Assembly (NCBI GenBank): GCA_964057225.1
Contig: OZ059897.1
Span: 18,228,001-18,292,000 of the forward strand
DNA length: 64,000 nucleotides
Source of the DNA: Auanema rhodensis
Taxonomy: Eukaryota > Animalia > Nematoda
Direction of reading: 5' to 3'
Part shown: in pieces, positions 42,346 through 58,100 of the stretch
Layout: each line of letters starts with the position of its first letter
Position numbering within the stretch: position 1 is the stretch's first letter
Translations under genes and position numbers: made by a program
Notes under the pieces: model-generated
Told to the model about the DNA's origin: nothing
Database searches by the model: none
The model's input: the letters and a program-made list of their open reading frames with translations, nothing else

Positions 42346-43749
42346 GACAATGTTATTCAACGAAAAAATTAATTCTTCAGGGTGAAAATCGAGGATATAA
42401 GTGTGAACTTATATCAGTTGATATCTCGGTGCATTTTTAAGCTAGCGCAAATCTGATAACACAGATCGACGCAGCTTAAAAATCCGGATCGAATGCACTA
42501 TACTGCATTGAGAAACGCTTAATACAAAAATTAGTTATGATCGTTTGAAAAATGATGCATTAGTGTATGTTGAGTTTCCATGTACACTCAACATTGCTTC
42601 CAAAAACATTTTGACAAAAATTTTTTCGAAAAATTTCAAAATAATTTAGCAAAAAGTAGATGTTTTTAGATTCCATTTTTCAAGGCAAAGACGATGGACA
42701 ATGTTATTCAACGAAAAAATTAATTCTTCAGGGTGAAAATTGAGGATATAAGTGTGAACTTATATCAGTTGATATCTCGGTGCATTTTTAAGCTAGCGCA
42801 AATCTGATAACACAGATCGACGCAGCTTAAAAATCCGCATCGAATGCACTATACTACATTGAGAAACACTTGATACAAAAATTAGTTATGATCGTTTGAA
42901 AAATGATGCATTAGTGTATGTTGAGTTTCCATGTACACTCAACATTGCTTCCAAAAACATTTTGACAAAAATTTTTTCGAAAAATTTCAAAATAATTTAG
43001 CAAAAAGTAGATGTTTTTAGATTTCATTTTTCAAGGCAAAGACGATGGACAATGTTATTCAACGAAAAAATTAATTCTTCAGGGTGAAAATCGAGGATAT
43101 AAGTGTGAACTTATACCAGTTGATATCTCGGTGCATTTTTAAGCTAGCGCAAATCTGATAACACAGATCGACGCAGCTTAAAAATCCGCATCGAATGCAC
43201 TATACTACATTGAGAAACGCTTAATACAAAAATTAGTTATGATCGTTTGAAAAATGATGCATTAGTGTATGTTGAGTTTCCATGTACACTCAATATTGCT
43301 TCCAAAAACATTTTGACAAAAATGTTTTCGAAAAATTTCAAAATAATTTAGCAAAAAGTAGATGTTTTTAGATTTCTTTTTTCAAGGCAAAGACGATGGA
43401 CAATGTTATTCAACGAAAAAATCATTTCTTCAGGGTGAAAATCGAGGATATAAGTGTGAACTTATATCAGTTGATATCTGGGTGCATTTTTAAGCTAGCG
43501 CAAATCTGATAACACAGATCGACGCAGCTTAAAAATCCGCATCGAATGCACTATACTACATTGAGAAACGCTTAATACAAAAATTAGTTATAATCGTTTG
43601 AAAAATGATGCATTAGTGTATGTTGAGTTTCCATGTACACTCAACATTGCTTCCAAAAACATTTTGACAAAAATTTTTTCGAAAAATTTCAAAATAATTT
43701 AGCAAAAAGTAGATGTTTTTAGATTTCATTTTTCAAGGCAAAGACGATG

Positions 43750-46700
43750 GACAATGTTATTCAACGAAAAAATTAATTCTTCAGGGTGAAAATCGAGGAT
43801 ATAAGTGTGAACTTATATCAGTTGATATCTCGGTGCATTTTTAAGCTAGCGCAAATCTGATAACACAGATCAACGCAGCTTAAAAATCCGCATCGAATGC
43901 ACTATACTACATTGAGAAACGCTTAATACAAAAATTAGTTATGATCGTTTGAAAAATGATGCATTAGTGTATGTTGAGTTTCCATGTACACTCAATATTG
44001 CTTCCAAAAACATTTTGACAAAAATGTTTTCGAAAAATTTCAAAATAATTTAGCAAAAAGTAGATGTTTTTAGATTTCTTTTTTCAAGGCAAAGACGATG
44101 GACAATGTTATTCAACGAAAAAATCATTTCTTCAGGGTGAAAATCGAGGATATAAGTGTGAACTTATATCAGTTGATATCTGGGTGCATTTTTAAGCTAG
44201 CGCAAATCTGATAACACAGATCGACGCAGCTTAAAAATCCGCATCGAATGCACTATACTACATTGAGAAACGCTTAATACATAAATTAGTTATGATCGTT
44301 TGAAAAATGATGCATTAGTGTATGTTGAGTTTCCATATACACTCAACATTGCTTCCAAAAACATTTTGACAAAAATTTTTTCGAAAAATTTCGAAATAAT
44401 TTAGCAAAAAGTAGATGTTTTTAGATTCCATTTTTCAAGGCAAAGACGATGGACAATGTTATTCAACGAAAAAATTAATTCTTCAGGGTGAAAATCGAAG
44501 ATATAAGTGTGAACTTATATCAGTTGATATCTCGGTGCATTTTTAAGCTAGCGTAAATCTGATAACACAGATCGACGCAGCTTAAAAATCCGCATCGAAT
44601 GCACTATACTACATTGAGAAACGCTTAATACAAAAATTAGTTATAATCGTTTGAAAAATGATGCATTAGTGTATGTTGAGTTTCCATGTACACTCAACAT
44701 TGCTTCCAAAAACATTTTGACAAAAATTTTTTCGAAAAATTTCAAAATAATTTAGCAAAAAGTAGATGTTTTTAGATTCCATTTTTCAAGGCAAAGACGA
44801 TGGACAATGTTATTCAACGAAAAAATTAATTCTTCAGGGTGAAAATCGAGGATATAAGTGTGAACTTATATCAGTTGATATCTCGGTGCATTTTTAAGCT
44901 AGCGCAAATCTGATAACACAGATCGACGCAGCTTAAAAATCCGCATCGAATGCACTATACTACATTGAGAAACACTTGATACAAAAATTAGTTATGATCG
45001 TTTGAAAAATGATGCATTAGTGTATGTTGAGTTTCCATGTACACTCAACATTGCTTCCAAAAACATTTTGACAAAAATTTTTTCGAAAAATTTCAAAATA
45101 ATTTAGCAAAAAGTAGATGTTTTTAGATTTCATTTTTCAAGGCAAAGACGATGGACAATGTTATTCAACGAAAAAATTAATTCTTCAGGGTGAAAATCGA
45201 GGATATAAGTGTGAACTTATATCAGTTGATATCTCGGTGCATTTTTAAGCTAGCGCAAATCTGATAACACAGATCAACGCAGCTTAAAAATCCGCATCGA
45301 ATGCACTATACTACATTGAGAAACGCTTAATACAAAAATTAGTTATGATCGTTTGAAAAATGATGCATTAGTGTATGTTGAGTTTCCATGTACACTCAAT
45401 ATTGCTTCCAAAAACATTTTGACAAAAATGTTTTCGAAAAATTTCAAAATAATTTAGCAAAAAGTAGATGTTTTTAGATTTCTTTTTTCAAGGCAAAGAC
45501 GATGGACAATGTTATTCAACGAAAAAATCATTTCTTCAGGGTGAAAATCGAGGATATAAGTGTGAACTTATATCAGTTGATATCTGGGTGCATTTTTGAG
45601 CTAGCGCAAATCTGATAACACAGATCGACGCAGCTTAAAAATCCGCATCGAATGCACTATACTACATTGAGAAACGCTTAATACATAAATTAGTTATGAT
45701 CGTTTGAAAAATGATGCATTAGTGTATGTTGAGTTTCCATATACACTCAACATTGCTTCCAAAAACATTTTGACAAAAATTTTTTCGAAAAATTTCGAAA
45801 TAATTTAGCAAAAAGTAGATGTTTTTAGATTCCATTTTTCAAGGCAAAGACGATGGACAATGTTATTCAACGAAAAAATTAATTCTTCAGGGTGAAAATC
45901 GAAGATATAAGTGTGAACTTATATCAGTTGATATCTCGGTGCATTTTTAAGCTAGCGCAAATCTGATAACACAGATCGACGCAGCTTAAAAATCCGCATC
46001 GAATGCACTATACTACATTGAGAAACGCTTAATACAAAAATTAGTTATGATCGTTTGAAAAATGATGCATTAGTGTATGTTGAGTTTCCATGTACACTCA
46101 ATATTGCTTCCAAAAACATTTTGACAAAAATGTTTTCGAAAAATTTCAAAATAATTTAGCAAAAAGTAGATGTTTTTAGATTTCTTTTTTCAAGGCAAAG
46201 ACGATGGACAATGTTATTCAACGAAAAAATCATTTCTTCAGGGTGAAAATCGAGGATATAAGTGTGAACTTATATCAGTTGATATCTGGGTGCATTTTTA
46301 AGCTAGCGCAAATCTGATAACACAGATCGACGCAGCTTAAAAATCCGCATCGAATGCACTATACTACATTGAGAAACGCTTAATACATAAATTAGTTATG
46401 ATCGTTTGAAAAATGATGCATTAGTGTATGTTGAGTTTCCATATACACTCAACATTGCTTCCAAAAACATTTTGACAAAAATTTTTTCGAAAAATTTCGA
46501 AATAATTTAGCAAAAAGTAGATGTTTTTAGATTCCATTTTTCAAGGCAAAGACGATGGACAATGTTATTCAACGAAAAAATTAATTCTTCAGGGTGAAAA
46601 TCGAAGATATAAGTGTGAACTTATATCAGTTGATATCTCGGTGCATTTTTAAGCTAGCGTAAATCTGATAACACAGATCGACGCAGCTTAAAAATCCGCA

Positions 46701-49700
46701 TCGAATGCACTATACTACATTGAGAAACGCTTAATACAAAAATTAGTTATAATCGTTTGAAAAATGATGCATTAGTGTATGTTGAGTTTCCATGTACACT
46801 CAACATTGCTTCCAAAAACATTTTGACAAAAATTTTTTCGAAAAATTTCAAAATAATTTAGCAAAAAGTAGATGTTTTTAGATTCCATTTTTCAAGGCAA
46901 AGACGATGGACAATGTTATTCAACGAAAAAATTAATTCTTCAGGGTGAAAATCGAGGATATAAGTGTGAACTTATATCAGTTGATATCTCGGTGCATTTT
47001 TAAGCTAGCGCAAATCTGATAACACAGATCGACGCAGCTTAAAAATCCGCATCGAATGCACTATACTACATTGAGAAACACTTGATACAAAAATTAGTTA
47101 TGATCGTTTGAAAAATGATGCATTAGTGTATGTTGAGTTTCCATGTACACTCAACATTGCTTCCAAAAACATTTTGACAAAAATTTTTTCGAAAAATTTC
47201 AAAATAATTTAGCAAAAAGTAGATGTTTTTAGATTTCATTTTTCAAGGCAAAGACGATGGACAATGTTATTCAACGAAAAAATTAATTCTTCAGGGTGAA
47301 AATCGAGGATATAAGTGTGAACTTATATCAGTTGATATCTCGGTGCATTTTTAAGCTAGCGCAAATCTGATAACACAGATCAACGCAGCTTAAAAATCCG
47401 CATCGAATGCACTATACTACATTGAGAAACGCTTAATACAAAAATTAGTTATGATCGTTTGAAAAATGATGCATTAGTGTATGTTGAGTTTCCATGTACA
47501 CTCAATATTGCTTCCAAAAACATTTTGACAAAAATGTTTTCGAAAAATTTCAAAATAATTTAGCAAAAAGTAGATGTTTTTAGATTTCTTTTTTCAAGGC
47601 AAAGACGATGGACAATGTTATTCAACGAAAAAATCATTTCTTCAGGGTGAAAATCGAGGATATAAGTGTGAACTTATATCAGTTGATATCTGGGTGCATT
47701 TTTAAGCTAGCGCAAATCTGATAACACAGATCGACGCAGCTTAAAAATCCGCATCGAATGCACTATACTACATTGAGAAACGCTTAATACATAAATTAGT
47801 TATGATCGTTTGAAAAATGATGCATTAGTGTATGTTGAGTTTCCATATACACTCAACATTGCTTCCAAAAACATTTTGACAAAAATTTTTTCGAAAAATT
47901 TCGAAATAATTTAGCAAAAAGTAGATGTTTTTAGATTCCATTTTTCAAGGCAAAGACGATGGACAATGTTATTCAACGAAAAAATTAATTCTTCAGGGTG
48001 AAAATCGAAGATATAAGTGTGAACTTATATCAGTTGATATCTCGGTGCATTTTTAAGCTAGCGTAAATCTGATAACACAGATCGACGCAGCTTAAAAATC
48101 CGCATCGAATGCACTATACTACATTGAGAAACGCTTAATACAAAAATTAGTTATAATCGTTTGAAAAATGATGCATTAGTGTATGTTGAGTTTCCATGTA
48201 CACTCAACATTGCTTCCAAAAACATTTTGACAAAAATTTTTTCGAAAAATTTCAAAATAATTTAGCAAAAAGTAGATGTTTTTAGATTCCATTTTTCAAG
48301 GCAAAGACGATGGACAATGTTATTCAACGAAAAAATTAATTCTTCAGGGTGAAAATCGAGGATATAAGTGTGAACTTATATCAGTTGATATCTCGGTGCA
48401 TTTTTAAGCTAGCGCAAATCTGATAACACAGATCGACGCAGCTTAAAAATCCGCATCGAATGCACTATACTACATTGAGAAACACTTGATACAAAAATTA
48501 GTTATGATCGTTTGAAAAATGATGCATTAGTGTATGTTGAGTTTCCATGTACACTCAACATTGCTTCCAAAAACATTTTGACAAAAATTTTTTCGAAAAA
48601 TTTCAAAATAATTTAGCAAAAAGTAGATGTTTTTAGATTTCATTTTTCAAGGCAAAGACGATGGACAATGTTATTCAACGAAAAAATTAATTCTTCAGGG
48701 TGAAAATCGAGGATATAAGTGTGAACTTATATCAGTTGATATCTCGGTGCATTTTTAAGCTAGCGCAAATCTGATAACACAGATCAACGCAGCTTAAAAA
48801 TCCGCATCGAATGCACTATACTACATTGAGAAACGCTTAATACAAAAATTAGTTATGATCGTTTGAAAAATGATGCATTAGTGTATGTTGAGTTTCCATG
48901 TACACTCAATATTGCTTCCAAAAACATTTTGACAAAAATGTTTTCGAAAAATTTCAAAATAATTTAGCAAAAAGTAGATGTTTTTAGATTTCTTTTTTCA
49001 AGGCAAAGACGATGGACAATGTTATTCAACGAAAAAATCATTTCTTCAGGGTGAAAATCGAGGATATAAGTGTGAACTTATATCAGTTGATATCTGGGTG
49101 CATTTTTAAGCTAGCGCAAATCTGATAACACAGATCGACGCAGCTTAAAAATCCGCATCGAATGCACTATACTACATTGAGAAACGCTTAATACATAAAT
49201 TAGTTATGATCGTTTGAAAAATGATGCATTAGTGTATGTTGAGTTTCCATATACACTCAACATTGCTTCCAAAAACATTTTGACAAAAATTTTTTCGAAA
49301 AATTTCGAAATAATTTAGCAAAAAGTAGATGTTTTTAGATTCCATTTTTCAAGGCAAAGACGATGGACAATGTTATTCAACGAAAAAATTAATTCTTCAG
49401 GGTGAAAATCGAAGATATAAGTGTGAACTTATATCAGTTGATATCTCGGTGCATTTTTAAGCTAGCGCAAATCTGATAACACAGATCGACGCAGCTTAAA
49501 AATCCGCATCGAATGCACTATACTACATTGAGAAACGCTTAATACATAAATTAGTTATGATCGTTTGAAAAATGATGCATTAGTGTATGTTGAGTTTCCA
49601 TGTACACTCAATATTGCTTCCAAAAACATTTTGACAAAAATGTTTTCGAAAAATTTCAAAATAATTTAGCAAAAAGTAGATGTTTTTAGATTTCTTTTTT

Positions 49701-50418
49701 CAAGGCAAAGACGATGGACAATGTTATTCAACGAAAAAATCATTTCTTCAGGGTGAAAATCGAGGATATAAGTGTGAACTTATATCAGTTGATATCTGGG
49801 TGCATTTTTAAGCTAGCGCAAATCTGATAACACAGATCGACGCAGCTTAAAAATCCGCATCGAATGCACTATACTACATTGAGAAACGCTTAATACATAA
49901 ATTAGTTATGATCGTTTGAAAAATGATGCATTAGTGTATGTTGAGTTTCCATATACACTCAACATTGCTTCCAAAAACATTTTGACAAAAATTTTTTCGA
50001 AAAATTTCGAAATAATTTAGCAAAAAGTAGATGTTTTTAGATTCCATTTTTCAAGGCAAAGACGATGGACAATGTTATTCAACGAAAAAATTAATTCTTC
50101 AGGGTGAAAATCGAAGATATAAGTGTGAACTTATATCAGTTGATATCTCGGTGCATTTTTAAGCTAGCGTAAATCTGATAACACAGATCGACGCAGCTTA
50201 AAAATCCGCATCGAATGCACTATACTACATTGAGAAACGCTTAATACAAAAATTAGTTATAATCGTTTGAAAAATGATGCATTAGTGTATGTTGAGTTTC
50301 CATGTACACTCAACATTGCTTCCAAAAACATTTTGACAAAAATTTTTTCGAAAAATTTCAAAATAATTTAGCAAAAAGTAGATGTTTTTAGATTCCATTT
50401 TTCAAGGCAAAGACGATG
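43750..50418. repeat. Nested higher-order repeat: 4-mer ABCD within a duplicated 10-mer (3510-bp period)
   Basis: Monomer types in order: A B C D A B A* B C D / A B C D A B A* B C. The B marker CCATATAC occurs at about 44337, 45741, 46443, 47847, 49251 and 49953 (spacing 4,2,4,4,2 monomers). Confidence 0.88.
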
Positions 50419-52199
50419 GACAATGTTATTCAACGAAAAAATTAATTCTTCAGGGTGAAAATCGAGGATATAAGTGTGAACTTATATCAGTTGATATCTC
50501 GGTGCATTTTTAAGCTAGCGCAAATCTGATAACACAGATCGACGCAGCTTAAAAATCCGCATCGAATGCACTATACTACATCGAGAAACGCTCAATACAA
50601 AAATTAGTTATAATCGTTTGAAAAATGATGCATTAGTGTATGTTGAGTTTCCATGTACACTCAACATTGCTTCCAAAAACATTTTGACAAAAATTTTTTC
50701 GAAAAATTTCAAAATAATTTAGCAAAAAGTAGATGTTTTTAGATTCCATTTTTCAAGGCAAAGACGATGGACAATGTTATTCAACGAAAAAATTAATTCT
50801 TCAGGGTGAAAATCGAGGATATAAGTGTGAACTTATATCAGTTGATATCTCGGTGCATTTTTAAGCTAGCGCAAATCTGATAACACAGATCGACGCAGCT
50901 TAAAAATCCGCATCGAATGCACTATACTACATTGAGAAACGCTTAATACATAAATTAGTTATGATCGTTTGAAAAATGATGCATTAGTGTATGTTGAGTT
51001 TCCATATACACTCAACATTGCTTCCAAAAACATTTTGACAAAAATTTTTTCGAAAAATTTCGAAATAATTTAGCAAAAAGTAGATGTTTTTAGATTCCAT
51101 TTTTCAAGGCAAAGACGATGGACAATGTTATTCAACGAAAAAATTAATTCTTCAGGGTGAAAATCGAAGATATAAGTGTGAACTTATATCAGTTGATATC
51201 TCGGTGCATTTTTAAGCTAGCGTAAATCTGATAACACAGATCGACGCAGCTTAAAAATCCGCATCGAATGCACTATACTACATTGAGGAACGCTTAATAC
51301 AAAAATTAGTTATAATCGTTTGAAAAATGATGCATTAGTGTATGTTGAGTTTCCATGTACACTCAACATTGCTTCCAAAAACATTTTGACAAAAATTTTT
51401 TCGAAAAATTTCAAAATAATTTAGCAAAAAGTAGATGTTTTTAGATTCCATTTTTCAAGGCAAAGACGATGGACAATGTTATTCAACGAAAAAATTAATT
51501 CTTCAGGGTGAAAATCGAGGATATAAGTGTGAACTTATATCAGTTGATATCTCGGTGCATTTTTAAGCTAGCGCAAATCTGATAACACAGATCGACGCAG
51601 CTTAAAAATCCGCATCGAATGCACTATACTACATTGAGAAAAGCTTAATACAAAAATTAGTTATAATCGTTTGAAAAATGATGCATTAGTGTATGTTGAG
51701 TTTCCATGTACACTTAACATTGCTTCCAAAAACATTTTGACAAAAATGTTTTCGAAAAATTTCAAAATAATTTAGCAAAAAGTAGATGTTTTTAGATTTC
51801 TTTTTTCAAGGCAAAGACGATGGACAATGTTATTCAACGAAAAAATCAATTCTTCAGGGTGAAAATCGAGGATATAAGTGTGAACTTATATCAGTTGATA
51901 TCTGGGTGCATTTTTAAGCTAGCGCAAATCTGATAACACAGATCGACGCAGCTTAAAAATCCGCATCGAATGCACTATACTACATTGAGAAACGCTTAAT
52001 ACATAAATTAGTTATGATCGTTTGAAAAATGATGCATTAGTGTATGTTGAGTTTCCATGTACACTCAACATTGCTTCCAAAAACATTTTGACAAAAACTT
52101 TTTCGAAAAATTTCAAAATAATTTAGCAAAAAGTAGATGTTTTTAGATTCCATTTTTCAAGGCAAAGACGATGGACAATGTTATTCAACGAAAAAATTA

Positions 52200-55100
52200 A
52201 TTCTTCAGGGTGAAAATCGAGGATATAAGTGTGAACTTATATCAGTTGATATCTCGGTGCATTTTTAAGCTAGCGCAAATCTGATAACACAGATCGACGC
52301 AGCTTAAAAATCCGCATCGAATGCACTATACTACATTGAGAAAAGCTTAATACAAAAATTAGTTATAATCGTTTGAAAAATGATGCATTAGTGTATGTTG
52401 AGTTTCCATGTACACTTAACATTGCTTCCAAAAACATTTTGACAAAAATTTTTTCGAAAAATTTCAAAATAGTTTACCAAAAAGTAGATGTTTTTAGATT
52501 CCATTTTTCAAGGCAAAGACGATGGACAATGTTATTCAACGAAAAAATTAATTCTTCAGGGTGAAAATCGAGGATATAAGTGTGAACTTATATCAGTTGA
52601 TATCTCGGTGCATTTTTAAGCTAGCGCAAATCTGATAACACAGATCGACGCAGCTTAAAAATCCGCATCGAATGCACTATACTACATCGAGAAACGCTCA
52701 ATACAAAAATTAGTTATAATCGTTTGAAAAATGATGCATTAGTGTATGTTGAGTTTCCATGTACACTCAACATTGCTTCCAAAAACATTTTGACAAAAAT
52801 TTTTTCGAAAAATTTCAAAATAATTTAGCAAAAAGTAGATGTTTTTAGATTCCATTTTTCAAGGCAAAGACGATGGACAATGTTATTCAACGAAAAAATT
52901 AATTCTTCAGGGTGAAAATCGAGGATATAAGTGTGAACTTATATCAGTTGATATCTCGGTGCATTTTTAAGCTAGCGCAAATCTGATAACACAGATCGAC
53001 GCAGCTTAAAAATCCGCATCGAATGCACTATACTACATTGAGAAACGCTTAATACAAAAATTAGTTATAATCGTTTGAAAAATGATGCATTAGTGTATGT
53101 TGAGTTTCCATGTACACTTAACATTGCTTCCAAAAACATTTTGACAAAAATTTTTTCGAAAAATTTCAAAATAGTTTACCAAAAAGTAGATGTTTTTAGA
53201 TTCCATTTTTCAAGGCAAAGACGATGGACAATGTTATTCAACGAAAAAATTAATTCTTCAGGGTGAAAATTGAGGATATAAGTGTGAACTTATATCAGTT
53301 GATATCTCGGTGCATTTTTAAGCTAGCGCAAATCTGATAACACAGATCGACGCAGCTTAAAAATCCGCATCGAATGCACTATACTACATTGAGAAACGCT
53401 TAATACAAAAATTAGTTATAATCGTTTGAAAAATGATGCATTAGTGTATGTTGAGTTTCCATGTACACTTAACATTGCTTCCAAAAACATTTTGACAAAA
53501 ATTTTTTCGAAAAATTTCAAAATAGTTTACCAAAAAGTAGATGTTTTTAGATTCCATTTTTCAAGGCAAAGACGATGGACAATGTTATTCAACGAAAAAA
53601 TTAATTCTTCAGGGTGAAAATCGAGGATATAAGTGTGAACTTATATCAGTTGATATCTCGGTGCATTTTTAAGCTAGCGCAAATCTGATAACACAGATCG
53701 ACGCAGCTTAAAAATCCGCATCGAATGCACTATACTACATCGAAAAACGCTCAATACAAAAATTAGTTATAATCGTTTGAAAAATGATGCATTAGTGTAT
53801 GTTGAGTTTCCATGTACACTCCACATTGCTTCCAAAACCATTTTGACAAAAATTTTTTCGAAAAATTTCAAAATAATTTAGCAAAAAGTAGATGTTTTTA
53901 GATTCCATTTTTCAAGGCACAGACGATGGACAATGTTATTCAACGAAAAAATTAATTCTTCAGGGTGAAAATCGAAGATATAAGTGTGAACTTATATCAG
54001 TTGATATCTCGGTGCATTTTCGAGCTAGCGCAAATCTGATAACACAGATCGACGCAGCTTAAAAATCCGCATCGAATGCACTATACTACATTGAGAAACG
54101 CTTAATACAAAAATTAGTTATAATCGTTTGAAAAATGATGCATTAGTGTATGTTGAGTTTCCATGTACACTCAACATTGCTTCCAAAAACATTTTGACAA
54201 AAATTTTTTCGAAAAATTTCAAAATAATTTAGCAAAAAGTAGATGTTTTTAGATTCCATTTTTCAAGGCAAAGACGATGGACAATGTTATTCAACGAAAA
54301 AATTAATTCTTCAGGGTGAAAATCGAGGATATAAGTGTGAACTTATATCAGTTGATATCTCGGTGCATTTTTAAGCTAGCGCAAATCTGATAACACAGAT
54401 CGACGCAGCTTAAAAATCCGGATCGAATGCACTATACTACATTGAGAAACGCTTAATACAAAAATTAGTTATGATCGTTTGAAAAATGATGCATTAGTGT
54501 ATGTTGAGTTTCCATGTACACTCAACATTGCTTCCAAAAACATTTTGACAAAAATTTTTTCGAAAAATTTCAAAATAATTTAGCAAAAAGTAGATGTTTT
54601 TAGATTCCATTTTTCAAGGCAAAGACGATGGACAATGTTATTCAACGAAAAAATTAATTCTTCAGGGTGAAAATTGAGGATATAAGTGTGAACTTATATC
54701 AGTTGATATCTCGGTGCATTTTTAAGCTAGCGCAAATCTGATAACACAGATCGACGCAGCTTAAAAATCCGCATCGAATGCACTATACTACATTGAGAAA
54801 CATTTGATACAAAAATTAGTTATGATCGTTTGAAAAATGATGCATTAGTGTATGTTGAGTTTCCATGTACACTCAACATTGCTTCCAAAAACATTTTGAC
54901 AAAAATTTTTTCGAAAAATTTCGAAATAATTTAGCAAAAAGTAGATGTTTTTAGATTTCATTTTTCAAGGCAAAGACGATGGACAATGTTATTCAACGAA
55001 AAAATTAATTCTTCAGGGTGAAAATCGAGGATATAAGTGTGAACTTATATCAGTTGATATCTCGGTGCATTTTTAAGCTAGCGCAAATCTGATAACACAG

Positions 55101-58100
55101 ATCGACGCAGCTTAAAAATCCGCATCGAATGCACTATACTACATTGAGAAAAGCTTAATACAAAAATTAGTTATAATCGTTTGAAAAATGATGCATTAGT
55201 GTATGTTGAGTTTCCATGTACACTTAACATTGCTTCCAAAAACATTTTGACAAAAATTTTTTCGAAAAATTTCAAAATAGTTTACCAAAAAGTAGATGTT
55301 TTTAGATTCCATTTTTCAAGGCAAAGACGATGGACAATGTTATTCAACGAAAAAATTAATTCTTCAGGGTGAAAATCGAGGATATAAGTGTGAACTTATA
55401 TCAGTTGATATCTCGGTGCATTTTCAAGCTAGCGCAAATCTGATAACACAGATCGACGCAGCTTAAAAATCCGCATCGAATGCACTATACTACATTGAGA
55501 AACGCTTAATACAAAAATTAGTTATAATCGTTTGAAAAATGATGCATTAGTGTATGTTGAGTTTCCATGTACACTTAACATTGCTTCCAAAAACATTTTG
55601 ACAAAAATTTTTTCGAAAAATTTCAAAATAGTTTACCAAAAAGTAGATGTTTTTAGATTCCATTTTTCAAGGCAAAGACGATGGACAATGTTATTCAACG
55701 AAAAAATTAATTCTTCAGGGTGAAAATCGAGGATATAAGTGTGAACTTATATCAGTTGATATCTCGGTGCATTTTTAAGCTAGCGCAAATCTGATAACAC
55801 AGATCGACGCAGCTTAAAAATCCGCATCGAATGCACTATACTACATCGAGAAACGCTCAATACAAAAATTAGTTATAATCGTTTGAAAAATGATGCATTA
55901 GTGTATGTTGAGTTTCCATGTACACTCAACATTGCTTCCAAAAACATTTTGACAAAAATTTTTTCGAAAAATTTCAAAATAATTTAGCAAAAAGTAGATG
56001 TTTTTAGATTCCATTTTTCAAGGCAAAGACGATGGACAATGTTATTCAACGAAAAAATTAATTCTTCAGGGTGAAAATCGAAGATATAAGTGTGAACTTA
56101 TATCAGTTGATATCTCGGTGCATTTTCGAGCTAGCGCAAATCTGATAACACAGATCGACGCAGCTTAAAAATCCGCATCGAATGCACTATACTACATCGA
56201 GAAACGCTCAATACAAAAATTAGTTATAATCGTTTGAAAAATGATGCATTAGTGTATGTTGAGTTTCCATGTACACTCAACATTGCTTCCAAAACCATTT
56301 TGACAAAAATTTTTTCGAAAAATTTCAAAATAATTTAGCAAAAAGTAGATGTTTTTAGATTCCATTTTTCAAGGCACAGACGATGGACAATGTTATTCAA
56401 CGAAAAAATTAATTCTTCAGGGTGAAAATCGAAGATATAAGTGTGAACTTATATCAGTTGATATCTCGGTGCATTTTCGAGCTAGCGCAAATCTGATAAC
56501 ACAGATCGACGCAGCTTAAAAATTCGCATCGAATGCACTATACTACATTGAGAAACGCTTAATACAAAAATTAGTTATAATCGTTTGAAAAATGATGCAT
56601 TAGTGTATGTTGAGTTTCCATGTACACTCAACATTGCTTCCAAAAACATTTTGACAAAAATTTTTTCGAAAAATTTCAAAATAATTTAGCAAAAAGTAGA
56701 TGATTTTAGATTCCATTTTTCAAGGCAAAGACGATGGACAATGTTATTCAACGAAAAAATTAATTCTTCAGGGTGAAAATCGAGGATATAAGTGTGAACT
56801 TATATCAGTTGATATCTCGGTGCATTTTTAAGCTAGCGCAAATCTGATAACACAGATCGACGCAGCTTAAAAATCCGGATCGAATGCACTATACTACATT
56901 GAGAAACGCTTAATACAAAAATTAGTTATGATCGTTTGAAAAATGATGCATTAGTGTATGTTGAGTTTCCATGTACACTCAACATTGCTTCCAAAAACAT
57001 TTTGACAAAAATTTTTTCGAAAAATTTCAAAATAATTTAGCAAAAAGTAGATGTTTTTAGATTCCATTTTTCAAGGCAAAGACGATGGACAATGTTATTC
57101 AACGAAAAAATTGATTCTTCAGGGTGAAAATTGAGGATATAAGTGTGAACTTATATCAGTTGATATCTCGGTGCATTTTTAAGCTAGCGCAAATCTGATA
57201 ACACAGATCGACGCAGCTTAAAAATCCGCATCGAATGCACTATACTACATTGAGAAACATTTGATACAAAAATTAGTTATGATCGTTTGAAAAATGATGC
57301 ATTAGTGTATGTTGAGTTTCCATGTACACTCAACATTGCTTCCAAAAACATTTTGACAAAAATTTTTTCGAAAAATTTCGAAATAATTTAGCAAAAAGTA
57401 GATGTTTTTAGATTTCATTTTTCAAGGCAAAGACGATGGACAATGTTATTCAACGAAAAAATTAATTCTTCAGGGTGAAAATCGAGGATATAAGTGTGAA
57501 CTTATATCAGTTGATATCTCGGTGCATTTTTAAGCTAGCGCAAATCTGATAACACAGATCGACGCAGCTTAAAAATCCGCATCGAATGCACTATACTACA
57601 TTGAGAAACGCTTAATACAAAAATTAGTTATGATCGTTTGAAAAATGATGCATTAGTGTATGTTGAGTTTCCATGTACACTCAATATTGCTTCCAAAAAC
57701 ATTTTGACAAAAATGTTTTCGGAAAATTTCAAAATAATTTAGCAAAAAGTAGATGTTTTTAGATTTCTTTTTTCAAGGCAAAGACGATGGACAATGTTAT
57801 TCAACGAAAAAATTAATTCTTCAGGGTGAAAATCGAGGATATAAGTGTGAACTTATATCAGTTGATATCTCGGTGCATATTTAAGCTAGCGCAAATCTGA
57901 TAACACAGATCGACGCAGCTTAAAAATCCGCATCGAATGCACTATACTACATTGAGAAACGCTTAATACAAAAATTAGTTATGATCGTTTGAAAAATGAT
58001 GCATTAGTGTATGTTGAGTTTCCATGTACACTCAACATTGCTTCCAAAAACATTTTGACAAAAATTTTTTCGAAAAATTTCAAAATAATTTAGCAAAAAG

